A stretch of DNA of 59,078 nt, filler included, from Sphacelaria rigidula (Eukaryota), in NCBI GenBank assembly GCA_964200075.2. It is 4 parts of 4 records of this genome, joined end to end, with 100 filler letters (N's around TTAATTAATTAA, not from the genome) between each part and the next. Parts side by side here need not be neighbours in the genome. Positions count along the whole stretch, not along the records: positions 1 to 14,697 come from CAXNAA020002088.1; 3 more parts are not named here. One strand, given 5' to 3'. Under the pieces are notes generated by a model. The model saw only the letters and a list, made by a program, of their open reading frames with translations, searched no databases and was not told the origin of the DNA. The position numbers and the translations under genes were made by a program. Shown piece after piece: positions 1 through 12,076 of this stretch; the first letter of the stretch is position 1; each line of letters opens with the position of its first letter.

Positions 1-72
1 CCCCTATAATTGATCGAGTGATTGATTATTGCACGTTAATGAAGCATAGAACTGGGGGAGGGGGGAGCTCAC

Positions 73-336
73 CTCTCCAAGGCGATACGTAGCGGGAGAT
101 CTTCCCGCGGGGATCAGCGCAAATGTCGTGTTCATCAGTTCGGCATAGGTGGTACCGCTGTACTCGATGTCCATGCGGTCACACATCTCCCTGTTGCCCG
201 GGAGGTCTAACAATTCCGGGTGTATTTTTTGGCACGTTTCGGATACGACCACGCCGGTTGGGTTTGGCAGGGGGGGACCTAGGGCTTGCACCGAGGATCG
301 CTCTTGCATCCCATGGCTGTTCAGATACAGTTGTCC
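73..336 (-). CDS. Exostosin/GT47 gene exon (gene continues off the left edge)
   Basis: CAG acceptor, GTGAG donor; encodes YAELMNTTFALIPAGRSPATYRLGE, matching the GT47 motif (Y..LL.NSTFCL.P.GR...SFRFLE). Confidence 0.9.
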
Positions 337-510
337 CTGCAATGGATACAAGTGAGGTGAAGAAAAAATGGATGAACAGGGGGGCAGGGAGAAGAGATGA
401 AAACGAAAACGAGCGTGCTGAAGGAGCGACATAAAAAAACATCGGTACGGCGATGCATCGAACATGGAATCGAGCCAGTTTTTGAACGTGCGTAATATGC
501 GTTTCCCTAC

Positions 511-679
511 CTTGAAAGTGGCGAAGAACTTGCGCTCCAGCGGGGGGATGCCCTGAAGATCTTCGAGCTTCATCTTCAAGGGCAATGGTACCGCTATGTC
601 GTGCCCATGACGGTAGTCCGCGTGTTGCATGTTGGACTTGGCGAAGATCGCCACTCCGTCAATGCCTCCCCGAGCCGAT
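511..679 (-). CDS. Exostosin/GT47 gene exon
   Basis: TAG acceptor after a poly-T tract; completes CG|A; encodes AIFAKS..YRHGHDIAVPL..RKFFATFK; GTAG donor, phase 0. Confidence 0.88.
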
Positions 680-1216
680 CTAGGAAAAAAAAGAGTGAAA
701 AAGCACAAACGGAAGAATTGGATTTTTGATGCCATGATATATGTATAAACATAAACATATCCAGCCGTGGTGGCGCAAGATACAGATACACTCACTGAAT
801 AATGCAACTCGAAATGCTGGGGAGGGGGGAGGAGAGTCAAGAAAAAATATTTATGCAGTGTGTGTTGTCATCCCACTCATATATGTAGTACAGCTACAGT
901 GAACGCGGGCGGCACCGGTAAGGTTTCTTTCATGATACATTCACCAGTACAAACATGCAAATGACATTTGTTGTAGCTAGGTCCACGTTAAACAGGTCCA
1001 TACGGTACCGTCCCGCGAAAATCCGCTCATCACCAGCTGCTCACAGGGTTAGGGCAGACACACAATTTCGAAACGCAAAAAATCGGACGATAGTTGAGTA
1101 GTCCGATGTTAACTTTGTACTGGGCATCAGCACAACGAGCTTTCGTCACCGGGAAAGTTTCACTTCAAGTTCGGCGCACGAGTCTGTCACATTAGCACGC
1201 TTGGACTTAGAGTGCA

Positions 1217-1471
1217 GAGCAATGCTACGGTAGGGTTGCACTTTGCGCGCGAAATCTTGTCTGGTTCAGGGGCTCCTAAAATTCTACAAGCATAAGAATG
1301 TGGGTCAGGGCACCCCCGTCTGCAAGGTATTTCGGGACATCCCCAGCACAATGAAATAGTAATCCCAGTGTACCTTCACCCATTTCATAAGTCGGGTTTT
1401 GGATGAGATAAAGAGCTCCTAACAATTAAAACCTCAGAAAATATTTATGCACCCCTACTGTAACGGTGCAC
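1217..1471. mobile_element. ~255-bp MITE with TIR GAGCAATGCTACGGTAGGG, inserted into another MITE
   Basis: Inverted homologue of 3110-3363; its flanks (about 1150-1216 and 1472-1577) match the reverse complement of the uninterrupted element at 7839-8063. Confidence 0.75.
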
Positions 1472-1819
1472 ACCGTTTTGGTACGGTGGGCTGTATCATC
1501 ACGTTCAGAAAAAAAAACATATCTTGCCCCAAAAAAACGTCAATTGTAAATCGTCACTTTTCCATCAACGGTTCCACACAGGTGGAGTCCATACTTCGTA
1601 CATCGTAGCCCGCCATCTACTGACTGATTAGGAGAATTTTGCGCTGAATGTGTTGTGTACTAATACGATGCCCTCGACGGTACCGCACTGCTACAATTTA
1701 CTATCCACAACGGACCAACACCGACTGACTGGTCCCACCAACACATTAAACCCGATGCACACGACAACCCACATTGGCGGCCGTAGGATCAAACACACCA
1801 TCACACTCCAATCCCTCAC

Positions 1820-2055
1820 CGGTCCTGATCGGCAAAGTCCAGGAGCACGTGATTCTGCCCCGCCCGCCAAGTTGGCGTGTTGTGCACGCACCACTTGTTC
1901 ACCGGCAAAGTATCGACGATCACGCATGCCTCCTCGGGGTTCTCGACAAGAATACCTCGCTCGTTCGCCACGCGCCGCGCCGCCTCTGTCCCGTTGGTGC
2001 ACAGCCAGTCGCACTTGGGATTCTCCCCCGCAACCGTGCTGTTGGAGAGTAGCAT
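1820..2055 (-). CDS. Exostosin/GT47 gene exon
   Basis: CAG acceptor, GTGAG donor, ends phase 2; encodes VENPEEACVIV and WRAGQNHVLLDF, matching EXT motifs DPxxACLFV and WxxGRNHLIF. Confidence 0.88.
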
Positions 2056-2462
2056 CTGCGTTTGTTCACAAATCATGCATCGGATCGATGTTGCGTACAC
2101 ACGACAAGGAGGGGGAAAAGAGACTGATTGGATGCTGCACACGTACCCGATGAAATATACATCGATAGATGTCGCATATCTAGGCCTTGATGTTTCTCGT
2201 TCAGGGACTCCAACATTAGGAGCTGCACAAGACTGTAGGTCCTATGGCCGAGGCTCACAAGCGTATGGCGACGCGTGTACTGCGCGAAGTTGAAAGGCGA
2301 TTTTGACGGATTCAACTCCACGCTGCCTTCGGCAAACGTTTCCGCAACTCTCGAGGCGGCTACCCCATTTGACCACCACACGGTGGTCTAAGCATAGTCG
2401 GCACACGAAGCCGCTAGCGACGTAAGTGTTTGGTGAGCGTTCCTCCTTTATTCAAGGGAGGG

Positions 2463-2550
2463 TTGATTGTTCGATTTCATTGATTGTCGCACTTCAACTG
2501 ACCCCCAGGAGTCATGATCCAGCCGTGGTCACATGATAGACGTACCCAAA
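2463..2550 (-). mobile_element. Retroposon 3'-end fragment with (AATC)n tail; related copies at 26972-27072(-), 55367-55415(+), 56265-56330(+)
   Basis: Shared CCACGGCTGGATCATGAC..GGGGGTCAGTTGAAGTGCGAC, followed in most copies by TCAA repeats. Confidence 0.65.
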
Positions 2551-2959
2551 ACATGACAAAACTGCAGCACTCGCTGAAGAAAAAACAGAAAAAACAGAAA
2601 AAAAAAAGTCGAACAGAACGGCATAGTAGACTAAGAAGGAACAGCATCAGGGCTTCCTACGTGGTCCCCCACCGTAGTACTAGCCTGGCTCGACGTTGCT
2701 TGACTTCGGAGCGGACGGGATGTGGTGCTATCGACGTGGTGTGGCCGCTCCTAGGGGGAAAAGCGACAATATAGGTCAGAACGTTCCGGTTTTCCAAATT
2801 CATTCGAAATTTCCGTAGCTCGCTGGAATGCTAGTTGGTCATCGCGTGCTCTCTCACACTCTTCACGAATTGTTTTTTCGGTGAGATTAAGGGCTCCCAT
2901 CCAACCAATCGAGGTAAATATCTTGTGCACCCCTCCCTCCCTTGGCATGACTCCCAAGG

Positions 2960-3685
2960 CCCACTTTTATGGCAAAGAATCTCGATTTGTACAAATATGG
3001 AGATTTCAGCCTCCGTCAACAGGCGGTTTTTTCCCGTGGATTGATTTTTCGGACCCCAGTCCGTTGGGCAATGTTTTTCGGCTAGCTGTGAGCAAACCAT
3101 ATCAATTCTGAGTGATGCTACGGTAGGGGTGCACAAATATTTTCCGAGGTGAGAACTGTCAAGAGCCTTTTTTCTCATCCAAAACACGACTGCTGAAATG
3201 TGAGAGTATGCCAGGCTTACTATTTTGATGTGCTGGGGATATCCCGAATGAATCTGCAAACGGGGATGCCCTGACCCATTATTTTGTGCATCTAGAATCG
3301 TTAGGAGCCCTAGAACCGGACACGATTTGGAGCAAAAAGTGCACCCCTACCGTAGCATTGCTCTTCTCCGATTCCCTGGGTGTTGACTTTCGATACATCA
3401 CCTTTCAGTTGAAATCGGGACACTCCCGCATCTCCCCTGATTTTTCCCCCATTTTTGAGAAAAATCGGGGGAGATGCGGGGGTCTCCCGATTTGAGCAGA
3501 GAGGTGGTTCACCGAAAGTAAGTGTCCAGAGAATCAGAGAAGTGGTCTGGTTTGCTCATGGCTAGCCGAAAACCTTTGCCCGACGGACTGGGGTCCGAAA
3601 AATCAATCCACGGGAGGAAATCGCCTGTAGACGGAATGGAATCCTCATATTCGTACAAATCGAGATTCATTGCCATAAAAGTGGG
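2960..3685. mobile_element. Non-autonomous DNA transposon with ~150-bp TIRs, carrying a nested MITE
   Basis: CCCACTTTTATGGC...GCCATAAAAGTGGG; arms at about 2960-3109 and 3535-3685 are reverse complements. Confidence 0.8.
3110..3363. mobile_element. Nested MITE with GAG...CTC termini and 4-bp TSD TTCT (Sola2-like signature)
   Basis: TIR GAGTGATGCTACGGTAGGGGTGCAC / GTGCACCCCTACCGTAGCATTGCTC; TTCT at 3106-3109 and 3364-3367. Superfamily assignment is inference. Confidence 0.7.
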
Positions 3686-4868
3686 GGTCTAAACCTATGG
3701 GACAAACCGAATATGTGGCTTGGAGGGGCCACTCAGGACTCGCCCCTCCGGTAGGTGTCGTCGGCAAGTTGCATCTGCTCTCATGTTCATAATGGGTGGG
3801 GTAGCTTCAGTTGGCTTCGGTTTTGCTCCCGCCTCTGTGACGACACAGGCTTCAGGTAAAATATAGTATGTATGCCTCGATGGCAGCACACGACAATGCA
3901 GCGCATGTCCATCTACACTTGAAACGAAAAGACTACATCTGTCTGTCTGTTTTTCCTCTCTTTTTTTGTGTGTGTACATACAGAAATCACCAAAAAAAAA
4001 GTCTCGAGATACAGCGTGCGCGATCTACAACCCGATACTATCGGGCAAAAAACCGTTGTGCACCACCTGCCTTCAATGCTTTGTTTCCCATGTGTGTTGC
4101 GTGTTTGGGGAGTGGAATGAGTAATCGCTTGGTCTGGGTAGGTTACAATACAACATCGGTACACTCGGCAGGAAAACGCGGCCGAAAAATGCAGACACAG
4201 TTTTGTAATCACGATGATGCTGTTGGTGAAGGCGGATTCACTGAGCACGAGTTGAGCTTGTCGCCGAAAACCCGTGATTGGCACAGGATGATTGCTTTTT
4301 AGAGGACCGTAGCGTTCAGGTCGGGGTGTCAGTCAGTGCTATCGGGTGTTTGTGGTGGAATGACGAACAGAGAGACAAAAAAAAGACGACAGGGATGGGG
4401 GGTCAAGGTTGGCAACACGAAACAACGGAGTTCTTACGTGTGTCACACGACCCACACACACGTGTATATCCCGGTTTCAAGGGTGCGTTGGGTAGCATAA
4501 TTTCTATATTTTGAGTATTTTGAAAAACCGTACTCAGCAATACCCAGATGTTGGGGAGGGTATTGCGGTCGTACGTCACTTACCCGATATTTTGGGGTGG
4601 ATTTTTGAGATCGGACCATCGAAACACATGATTCGAGAGAGTAATACTTAACACAGATGTTTTTTTGTCTACTGTAGCCATTCATGATACCGTATCCGGG
4701 GTGTGGTTCATTTTATCTTGAATCACGAACATAGCCTTCGTGAAAAATTGCTGCCTGCAATCGACTCTTGTAAGTCTCGATACATCGTTTTCCCTACAAC
4801 AGTAGCACATCGCGAAAAAGTGTCGGAGCAATATAAAACAGGGAAATGAATGGCCACGAAAAACTCAC

Positions 4869-4919
4869 CTGGCTGGGGGTACCGGAGCACACTTCATCGT
4901 GGATGTACACCGTCAGGGC
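4869..4919 (-). CDS. Exostosin/GT47 gene micro-exon ALTVYIHDEVCSGTPSQ
   Basis: TAG acceptor, GTGAGT donor, 51 nt, phase 0/0; supplies the KVYVY-equivalent strand (LTVYI). Not present in the ORF track. Confidence 0.8.
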
Positions 4920-6001
4920 CTAGTTGGGATGCGACGCGGAAAGTCATGAGGGGCATCACAGTACAAGGTCACGGAAAGGCGACACACGGAATAGTGAGCA
5001 ACAAAAAGTAGGAAAAGACGTCGAGAAGGCTGGCGATAAGCCAACATCTCCGAACACACAGACATGTCATATGCCACACACACATACATACCCACACATA
5101 CACACACCTCAGCCATTCCGCCGCAGGGGGCAAGAACGGCAACTGCTTGAAAGACGTTACTCGTCATCGACCAGGGTCGGCCGACGATAGGGGGGGGAGG
5201 GGGGGAAGGTGGGATTTTGGGCCATTTCTTCCACGAAATTCCACGTCTCATCGTCGTTCAAAGCAGCAAGGATTGTTTGAACGCGCTTGTTACCTCTAGA
5301 TAACGCCTTTTCATACTGTTCGACACCATTTTTACTCAAAGACAAGCGCACCACGAGTGTTGGATCGTCCGACACACCAATGAGCAATTTTCTCCCCTCG
5401 AATCAATTTCCCCTCCCCCCCAATCGTAGGATGACTCCTTCAGCAACACCATCCCTCCTCCCAACTTTTCGGGGATCTCATCAGAACCAACCCGCTGCGC
5501 TCAACAAACAACCATCATCCTCCCCTGTCCCAAACAGTGGGAGATTACATAGGCCTTCACTCCGGAGGGTCTGCCACCGTATATGTTCGTTTCGAGTCGT
5601 GGAGCCCGTGCCATGCTCGACGGGTTATGGCAGGGTGCTTTATCGCCCGCGTGCGCTCCCTGCAACTTAACCGTCAACTTCTTTACACAACCAAGAAGTT
5701 TACCTGCGGTGTGAGATGCACCGCAGTGTTTTCGAATCCATGGCCCCCTATCGCCTCATTTTAGTTTTCGCGGTCGGACGTTTGATCCGCATTCTTTCTC
5801 GTGTTCTTCATCGCTTGAAGAATGTATGTGACGAAAATTGCTTTTTCCGCAGAAGATGACCTCAGCAGGATTATACTGTATACACACATGAATGAAGACC
5901 AACAAGTACGCGATGAGACCAGCGCTTCGTCGCGGGATACGTATAGATCAGCCATGAAATAGGACCTCCCCCCCCCCCTCTCCCCCCCAACCACTTTAGC
6001 C

Positions 6002-6072
6002 CCGTCTCGAAAAGGATGCGTGGTCAATGGTCAAACGACTAAGGCAAGCAACATATGAGTACACCCCCCCCC
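6002..6072 (+). repeat. ~70-bp dispersed repeat ending in a C-run; copies at 8583-8654(-), 14805-14875(+), 57889-57957(+)
   Basis: CCGTCTCGAAAGGGATGCGTGGTCAATGGTCAAACGACTAAGGCAAGCAAC..ATGAGTAC-Cn seen four times. Confidence 0.85.
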
Positions 6073-6133
6073 TTCAACCACTTAACCGAAAAGCAAAGAA
6101 GCCGCCATCGTCGTCTTGACTTCTTGCACCTAC

Positions 6134-6673
6134 CTGCGTCCCATCAGGAGCGATACAGCGGCTGCGATCGAAGCAAGGCATGACCCAAGGGCTGCCGCAA
6201 TCCCACCAGTCCAGCCAGCCTTCCGTGGAGGACTCCGACTCGGAAGACTCAGCACTTTTCTCGTCTTCCGTCTCCTCCGCTTCGACTTCCTCTCCGTCCG
6301 TCTCGACATCGCCTCCGTCCGTCTCGACATCGTCTCCCTCTGCCTCGGCGTCATCTTCCTCTGCCTCTGCGTCGTCTCCCTCTGCCTCTGCGTCGTCTCC
6401 CTCTGCCTCTGCGTCGTCTGCCTCTGCCTCTGCGTCGTCTCCCTCTGCCTCGGCATTATCATCCTCTCCGGTGATGTCAGCGTCGACTTCATCTTCTGCC
6501 CTCTCGACATTGACTTCCTCTCCCTCCGTCTCGACCACGACTTCGACTTCGACTTCGGCCTCGGCCTCCACGTTGCTGGTGGCCCTTGACGGCTTCTTCT
6601 CTTTTACGGCCAGTGAGACGCCCTTCTTGCTGTAAAGACGAGGGCTATTCTTGTTGTGCATCGATTCTCTCAA
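6134..6673 (-). CDS. Exostosin/GT47 gene exon: acidic repeat stem plus PCFDRSRC motif
   Basis: CTAAT branch-like motif then CAG acceptor; 180 codons; PCFDRSRC resembles the CFDFSRC motif at the start of the EXT domain; donor CAG|GTAGGT, phase 0. Confidence 0.85.
6277..6456. repeat. Coding 21-bp minisatellite (AEAEGDD / VETDGGD units)
   Basis: Tandem CTCTGCCTCTGCGTCGTCTCC-type units inside the exostosin exon. Confidence 0.9.
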
Positions 6674-7838
6674 CTGCTTGTGGTGTTGGGGCGACCAAAA
6701 CAGCATTAGCAACAATAGGCGCGAACAAAGATAAAATAAAACAGTAAAGGATCTTGCAGGGGACTAGCCAACGCGTCTCCGTGGGTCCAACTTATGAACC
6801 AGCCGCCCGGGCAAGCGGAAGATGACAGGTTTGAACCCCGACAAATCGGTCTTGACTCAATTATTGTGACACAAAAACTAATCTTGCGCGGGACATGAGT
6901 CCACCAAATACAGCACAAGCGCTGATCCAGTCTTCGACGCCCAAGAATATCGGGAAGGTACAGGCATCGGGGTAGAGATGGGTTGATCCCTTGAGATTTC
7001 GGACTCATCCCGAGGGAAGGGGACGGTAACAAAGTAAACGACGAACGAGAAAAAAAGAAAAAGGCGTGTGAGGTCAACTTCTCAGTTCCAGCACTATCGA
7101 CTTTTCGCCCCCCTACCGCCCATATTGGGCCCCCTAGAGATTGGTACACCGTCCTGTTTTTTCATGTGGATATTGGGTTGGTCTTATCCGCGCAATGCAG
7201 CAAGTCAGTCGATATCTCCTCCTGTTCCAGCTACATGTCATGTGAGTTTGATTTCTCTGACTCACGGTGAACTTTCGTCAATCTGTCCAAGCCGTGTGCA
7301 CCCTACACTCGTGTCCCGTAACCAACGCTGAACACTCGAATCGATTAGTATTTGGAGCTCTGATCACGTCTCCTAGGCCACTACTCGTGTACTCACTTTA
7401 ATTCACAGTGCCATCGCCTTTGCGGCCAGGGGAAGAAAAGAGAGGAGGAGGAGAAGCGGGGGGGGGGGGAGTATACGCAGTCATTGTTGAGAGAGACGCA
7501 CCACCCGTCGATCATTTATTTGCTTCGTCCTCACTTCCAACTCCTTTTCATACTCGGGCCGAGACCGCAGTCTCACGAAATCAAACTGTTGTTCCCCAGG
7601 TACATGTCTTACACTGTGGTATTGCGGTTTGGATCACAACACTTCTGCACCGCATCAACTGTCGTTCAATGAACTCAGCCAAACCGATTACTTCTTCTCC
7701 TCACGTACGTCCTTACCCTTTCAACGACAGAAGTCAGATTTTTCTGAGAAAAAAGAGTCAAAACTAGACGCATCTGCCCGAAATTGAATCCGCGTTGTTC
7801 CCACCCTAATGGTATCATTTGTACCCTTAGCCCCTTTT

Positions 7839-8063
7839 GGAACCGTAAATGGAAAAGTGACGATTTACAATTGACGTGTTTCATGGGCAAGATGTGGTTG
7901 TTTTTCTGCAAGTGTTGATCATGTAGCCACCCAAAACGGTGCACCACTCTAGGTTCAAATATACTAATGTGACAGGTTCGTGCACCGAATTCGCAGCGAC
8001 GTTTTCCCGGTGACGGAAGCTCGCATATGGGACTTTGTGCATCGTCACTTTTCCAACGGTTCC
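7839..8063. mobile_element. MITE with TIR TGGAACCGT..TGGAAAAGTGACGAT
   Basis: Ends TGGAACCGTAAATGGAAAAGTGACGAT and ATCGTCACTTTTCCAACGGTTCCA; an interrupted copy lies at about 1090-1577. Confidence 0.7.
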
Positions 8064-8339
8064 ATACGGGTCCACCATTGGGCCACCAAGGCACGGTGGC
8101 TATGGAAGACAAACTTTGGAAAAAACGAAAAAACAAGGAACATCATCAGTATGGAGCAAAATGGCATTGGAGAAGAAAAGGAGAAAACACCAGCAGACAC
8201 ACATGTACACATATACATACACGCGCGCAACATTACACGGATGATGTACTTGCTTATTGCGGGCGAGATTGTCAACCCGCATATCGTTTCGTCTTCTTCA
8301 TCATGTAGAAGGCATTTCGGAAACAGTGCCAAAAGATGC

Positions 8340-8400
<61 letters not shown>
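8340..8400. repeat. (CAAG)n microsatellite
   Basis: About 15 perfect tetranucleotide units. Confidence 0.95.
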
Positions 8401-9760
8401 GAAATCGCGGGTTCGCAGCGGAAGCCAGCAGTAAGTTGGATAGTTGAATGCAGCGCAGATACCGGGGGGCGGAGGGGTGATCCGTCGAGGTTATGGACTT
8501 GTCTCGAGGAGGCCAAGAGGGGAGGGCGGGGCGTAGCCATTGGTTGCTTGCCTTACATGTCTCTCCATGTAACCATACTATAGGGGGGGGGGCGTACTCA
8601 TTTGTTGCTTGTCTTAGTCGTTTGACCATGGACCACGCATCCCTTCCGAGACGGAGCACCGTTCCCACTGCTAATAGCAACACCTCCAACATTCCGGCGC
8701 TCATCATGTTCTTTCCATACATGACACAATACGAGTTTTGCTCTGTGACCATACCATGGAGGGGCAGGGGAGGGGAGGGAGTTCAAAAGTATGAATAAAG
8801 TACATAAAAAAAAACACAGTGTGTAGGCGGAGGAGGATATAAGGTGAAAAAGTGCAGAAACGAGGTCGACCAGACACTGCCAGATCTGTTAGCCTGAGTA
8901 TGGCTTATCGGGTATAAATCGTACTTGCAACACTGGTGACAACAAACATCTCTTGCCTGTCAAGTAACGCCATCATTTCCAACAGGGGTTTGTTACAAGA
9001 TAGCAAACAGGGCAAGTATCACAGGCTAGTGTACGGGTACGGGTACGATTCAGTACTTCAGGTACCACGACGTATCCATCACACTCAGAGGTCAGCTCAC
9101 CACTTGGTCGGACCACAACTTTCTCGGAGATATGTGTTCTCAAGCTAACGATGACCCCAACCCTGAATCCAAACCGAAGGCATACCGAGAACCCTCCGGA
9201 GAGGGGAGTGCGAAGTGTTCCCTGGGCAAAGCGTGGTGTTGATAAACCTCGGTTGATCTACACAAAAACGTCTTCTTTCCACGCTAGGAGCACTTCAGAC
9301 TGTCAACCCCATCGAGATCCGAATATAGTTCTCCACACTCAAATCAAGTAGAAAAAATCCGGGAAAGGTTCATTCAATGGTAATTCTACTGACTCTTCTG
9401 TCCGAGTCTTGGGTATCCAACGAAATACCCCGTATTTTGGCAGTCGACATCCCAGGTACCCTACATTACCCAGTATTTTCGGCAGTCGGTAGGTACTCCG
9501 GATGCTCCAAGGCACTCGGTACAGTGTGGGTCCCATCACAGTTCGGTCAAAATCCGATCCGTTATACCAACATCAAATACTTGCACGATATTCATATATA
9601 ACAGTGAGAGGTGCCACCACAGTGCGGTCATGTCGGGGCTGGCGACCATCGCACTATCCTGCGACCTGAACAACAAATACCCTGTAAAATTGAGCCAACA
9701 TGGGGTACGGTACCCGATCACCTTTGGACCATTTTACGCTCTCGACTGCTGTGCCCCTAC

Positions 9761-10363
9761 CTGAGAACGCGGGATTCTCAGTGACTGGGATTCCTCCTCC
9801 CCATTCCTCACAGCATCGTCGGAAGCAGCAGAAGCATCTGCCTGAGATAACCATCGAGCCTCCCTCCCATCCAATCTCCGACGAGACAACACCCGGTGCC
9901 CGCCATCGCCGTGACGATCATAATCATTCACAGCGTCGAAAAACATTCCACCTTCGGGACGAACATGTCTTCCTGCGCGCACGTGTTCGTGTTCGAAGCG
10001 GAAGGCGACCGTACAAACCGAGGCAGCAAAGAGAACGGCCGCCGCAACAACAGCAGTGGTAACACCGAAACCCTCTTCACCACAACCCCACCGACCTTCA
10101 CGTCGGCTGTTTTCTCTCAAAACACCGCCCATTCCCGAGTCTGCCCCCTGCCCGCGCATTGTGCCCTCTTCAGTCGCAGCCGCCAGAGCAGCAGGAGCAG
10201 CAGTGCCGGGTTGAACACTGCCGTTGGCACCCTCCACGTCCCCACGGATTTCTTCTCGAGCATTTCCGTTGGTGCTGATTTGTCGCCGATCATGGACGCG
10301 GAGGGCGGTGGCGGGATCGCGTAGATGCGCTTCTCCTCCGGAGGCCGTTCTTTCCCGCTTCAT
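9761..10363 (-). CDS. Exostosin/GT47 glycosyltransferase, probable first coding exon (cytoplasmic tail, type-II TM anchor, start of stem)
   Basis: ATG (MKRERT) at 10363; hydrophobic GVTTAVVAAAVLFAASVCTVAF; ends CAG|GTAGGG, phase 0, matching the next exon. Start codon is inferred. Confidence 0.7.
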
Positions 10364-11080
10364 CGTCGATGTCGGCAGCTTGTAGTTGGTACTCACGCCA
10401 ATGCTTCGTGGTGGTACCGCATCGTCGCGGCTGCTATGTACACCGCATGATCGCCTTGTCGTTGGTACCACTGGTGCTGTGCCTGTACACGAATAAAACA
10501 CACGAGGAGTAGGGGTTTACTCGTGATGTTGCATGCCGTAGTAATAAAAGACGAGTAGGAGGTTGGGGCGGGGCGGGGGGGGCATGCAGAGTGCGAAATC
10601 TGTGTATTAAAAGTCTGGCTTGTGTCTGTGCTACCTAATATGATATATATATATACATATACTCCGGAGTATGTATGACATTTCGTGTTTTGTGTTGCAG
10701 CTGCTGCTGCTGCTGCCGATATGATGTCGCTGTTAACATTCACCGTTACCCGCCGTCACCATTTTTTTGTACGTGATCGTTATTGAATTCAAGTCTGAAA
10801 AGTTTAAGGCGTCCACACGTCGATACACTGCGTTGAGTACTGATGAAATGCGTAGGACCGACGTGAAAAGCAGGCACGAGAGGGAAGGGGTGGGTTCATC
10901 CCTTGAGACAACGAATTCCCGCCGAGACAGAGGCCGCAGCAAATCCGAGCTCGCTGTTCGGTGGGCTGCGATGAGCTTGATTCGTTTCTACGCTGCCCTA
11001 GCTTGTACGTAATTCCGACCAGAAGTTGACAAAGAGGAAACACGCACGTAGTGCCGTAATCGATATACTCATATATGTAT

Positions 11081-11360
11081 GCCCCGGTGGTGTGATGGTC
11101 CGAGTGTCATCATTGGAGTGGAGAGAGTGTGGGTTCGATCCCCGATGAATTGAAAGCGTGAGTACGTGGGTGGAGAAAAAGTAGTTGACTGAGTTTGCTG
11201 ACGGACGTTGACGCAGTGCGGGAGTGGTGATAGTCATGACCCAATCCGCGAGACCAAAATGCAAGGCGTATACCGGGGAGAGATGGGGTGATCCCTTGAG
11301 ACCGCAGACTCATTCCGAGTAAGGAGAGGGGTTCAAAGTGCGGCGAGTAAAAAATGAACA
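11081..11360 (+). mobile_element. tRNA-derived SINE, family A; 3' part recurs at about 6960-7030, 10880-10930, 23625-23690, 28297-28385(-), 35437-35540(-), 57820-57870(-)
   Basis: Head GCCCCGGTGGTGTGATGG (box A) and GGTTCGATCCC (box B, 11132-11142); shared tail GGGGAGAGATGGGGTGATCCCTTGAGACC..GGGGTTCAAAGTG. Confidence 0.7.
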
Positions 11361-11931
11361 ATAAAATGTACTTGACCAAAAGCGCTTGCTGAACAATATG
11401 ATTGCATAGTAGTACAGATCTTTTGATACCTTTTCCATTCTCAAATGGCCTCTCGTATTCCCGTCTGTGTTGTGTGTGCCCTTACGTGTATCATCCAGAC
11501 CGAAGTCAGTTCTAGTAACACGCCTCTTCTACTCTCAGGTCAAGTAACCTGCCTCAAGTACTTTAATACCGAGTGACTCGGTTCACTTATACTCCGCTCA
11601 AGTGACTTGTGTCAGCCAGTCCACGATCAAGTGACTTGGGTTCACCTTTCAAGGCTGGGCCGCCGAAGAAACGGACTTTCATTGAGCCCATTCTAACTCA
11701 CGATATATTGCGAGTTATGCCGACTATGACATCATGGTGATCTGCAAATCAGCGCGCGTCTAGGTCGAGGTAAAAACACCAGGGTGTACCCTTTTCTTGT
11801 ATATTGTCCATATTTTTTACCTCGAGCTATTCTTCTCCGCGCGCCGCTCACGATAATTTTGAGTTCAAGCCTCCTGGGAACATAAATGCGGTGGACATAT
11901 CAGATCGACGAGAAAAAAAATCTACTGCACT

Positions 11932-12076
11932 TTTTCGATCGAAATTGTGCGGTGGAAGACAAAAATTCCAACCTGATGGGTCGTACTTTCAACCATCGTT
12001 CATTTTGAATATGGTTGACATCACCGCCTATCAGATTAGGACTCTTGTTTTCCACCGCACTTTCTCGATCGAAAAC
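11932..12076. mobile_element. Hairpin (foldback) MITE core; fuller copy at 53741-53930
   Basis: TTTTCGATCGAAATTGTGCGGTGGAA...TTCCACCGCACTTTCTCGATCGAAAA; nearly the whole length is self-complementary. Confidence 0.8.

Noticed and set aside
4..840. 278-aa ORF as a single-exon gene
   Set aside because: It reads through two true exons plus intronic low-complexity sequence.
2073..2381. Possible exostosin exon (SPFNFAQ)
   Set aside because: Phase does not fit, and the CFDxSRC motif is already supplied by exon 6134-6673.
6116..6635. Ser/Ala-rich and Cys/Leu-rich plus-strand ORFs
   Set aside because: They are antisense shadows of the acidic repeat exon.
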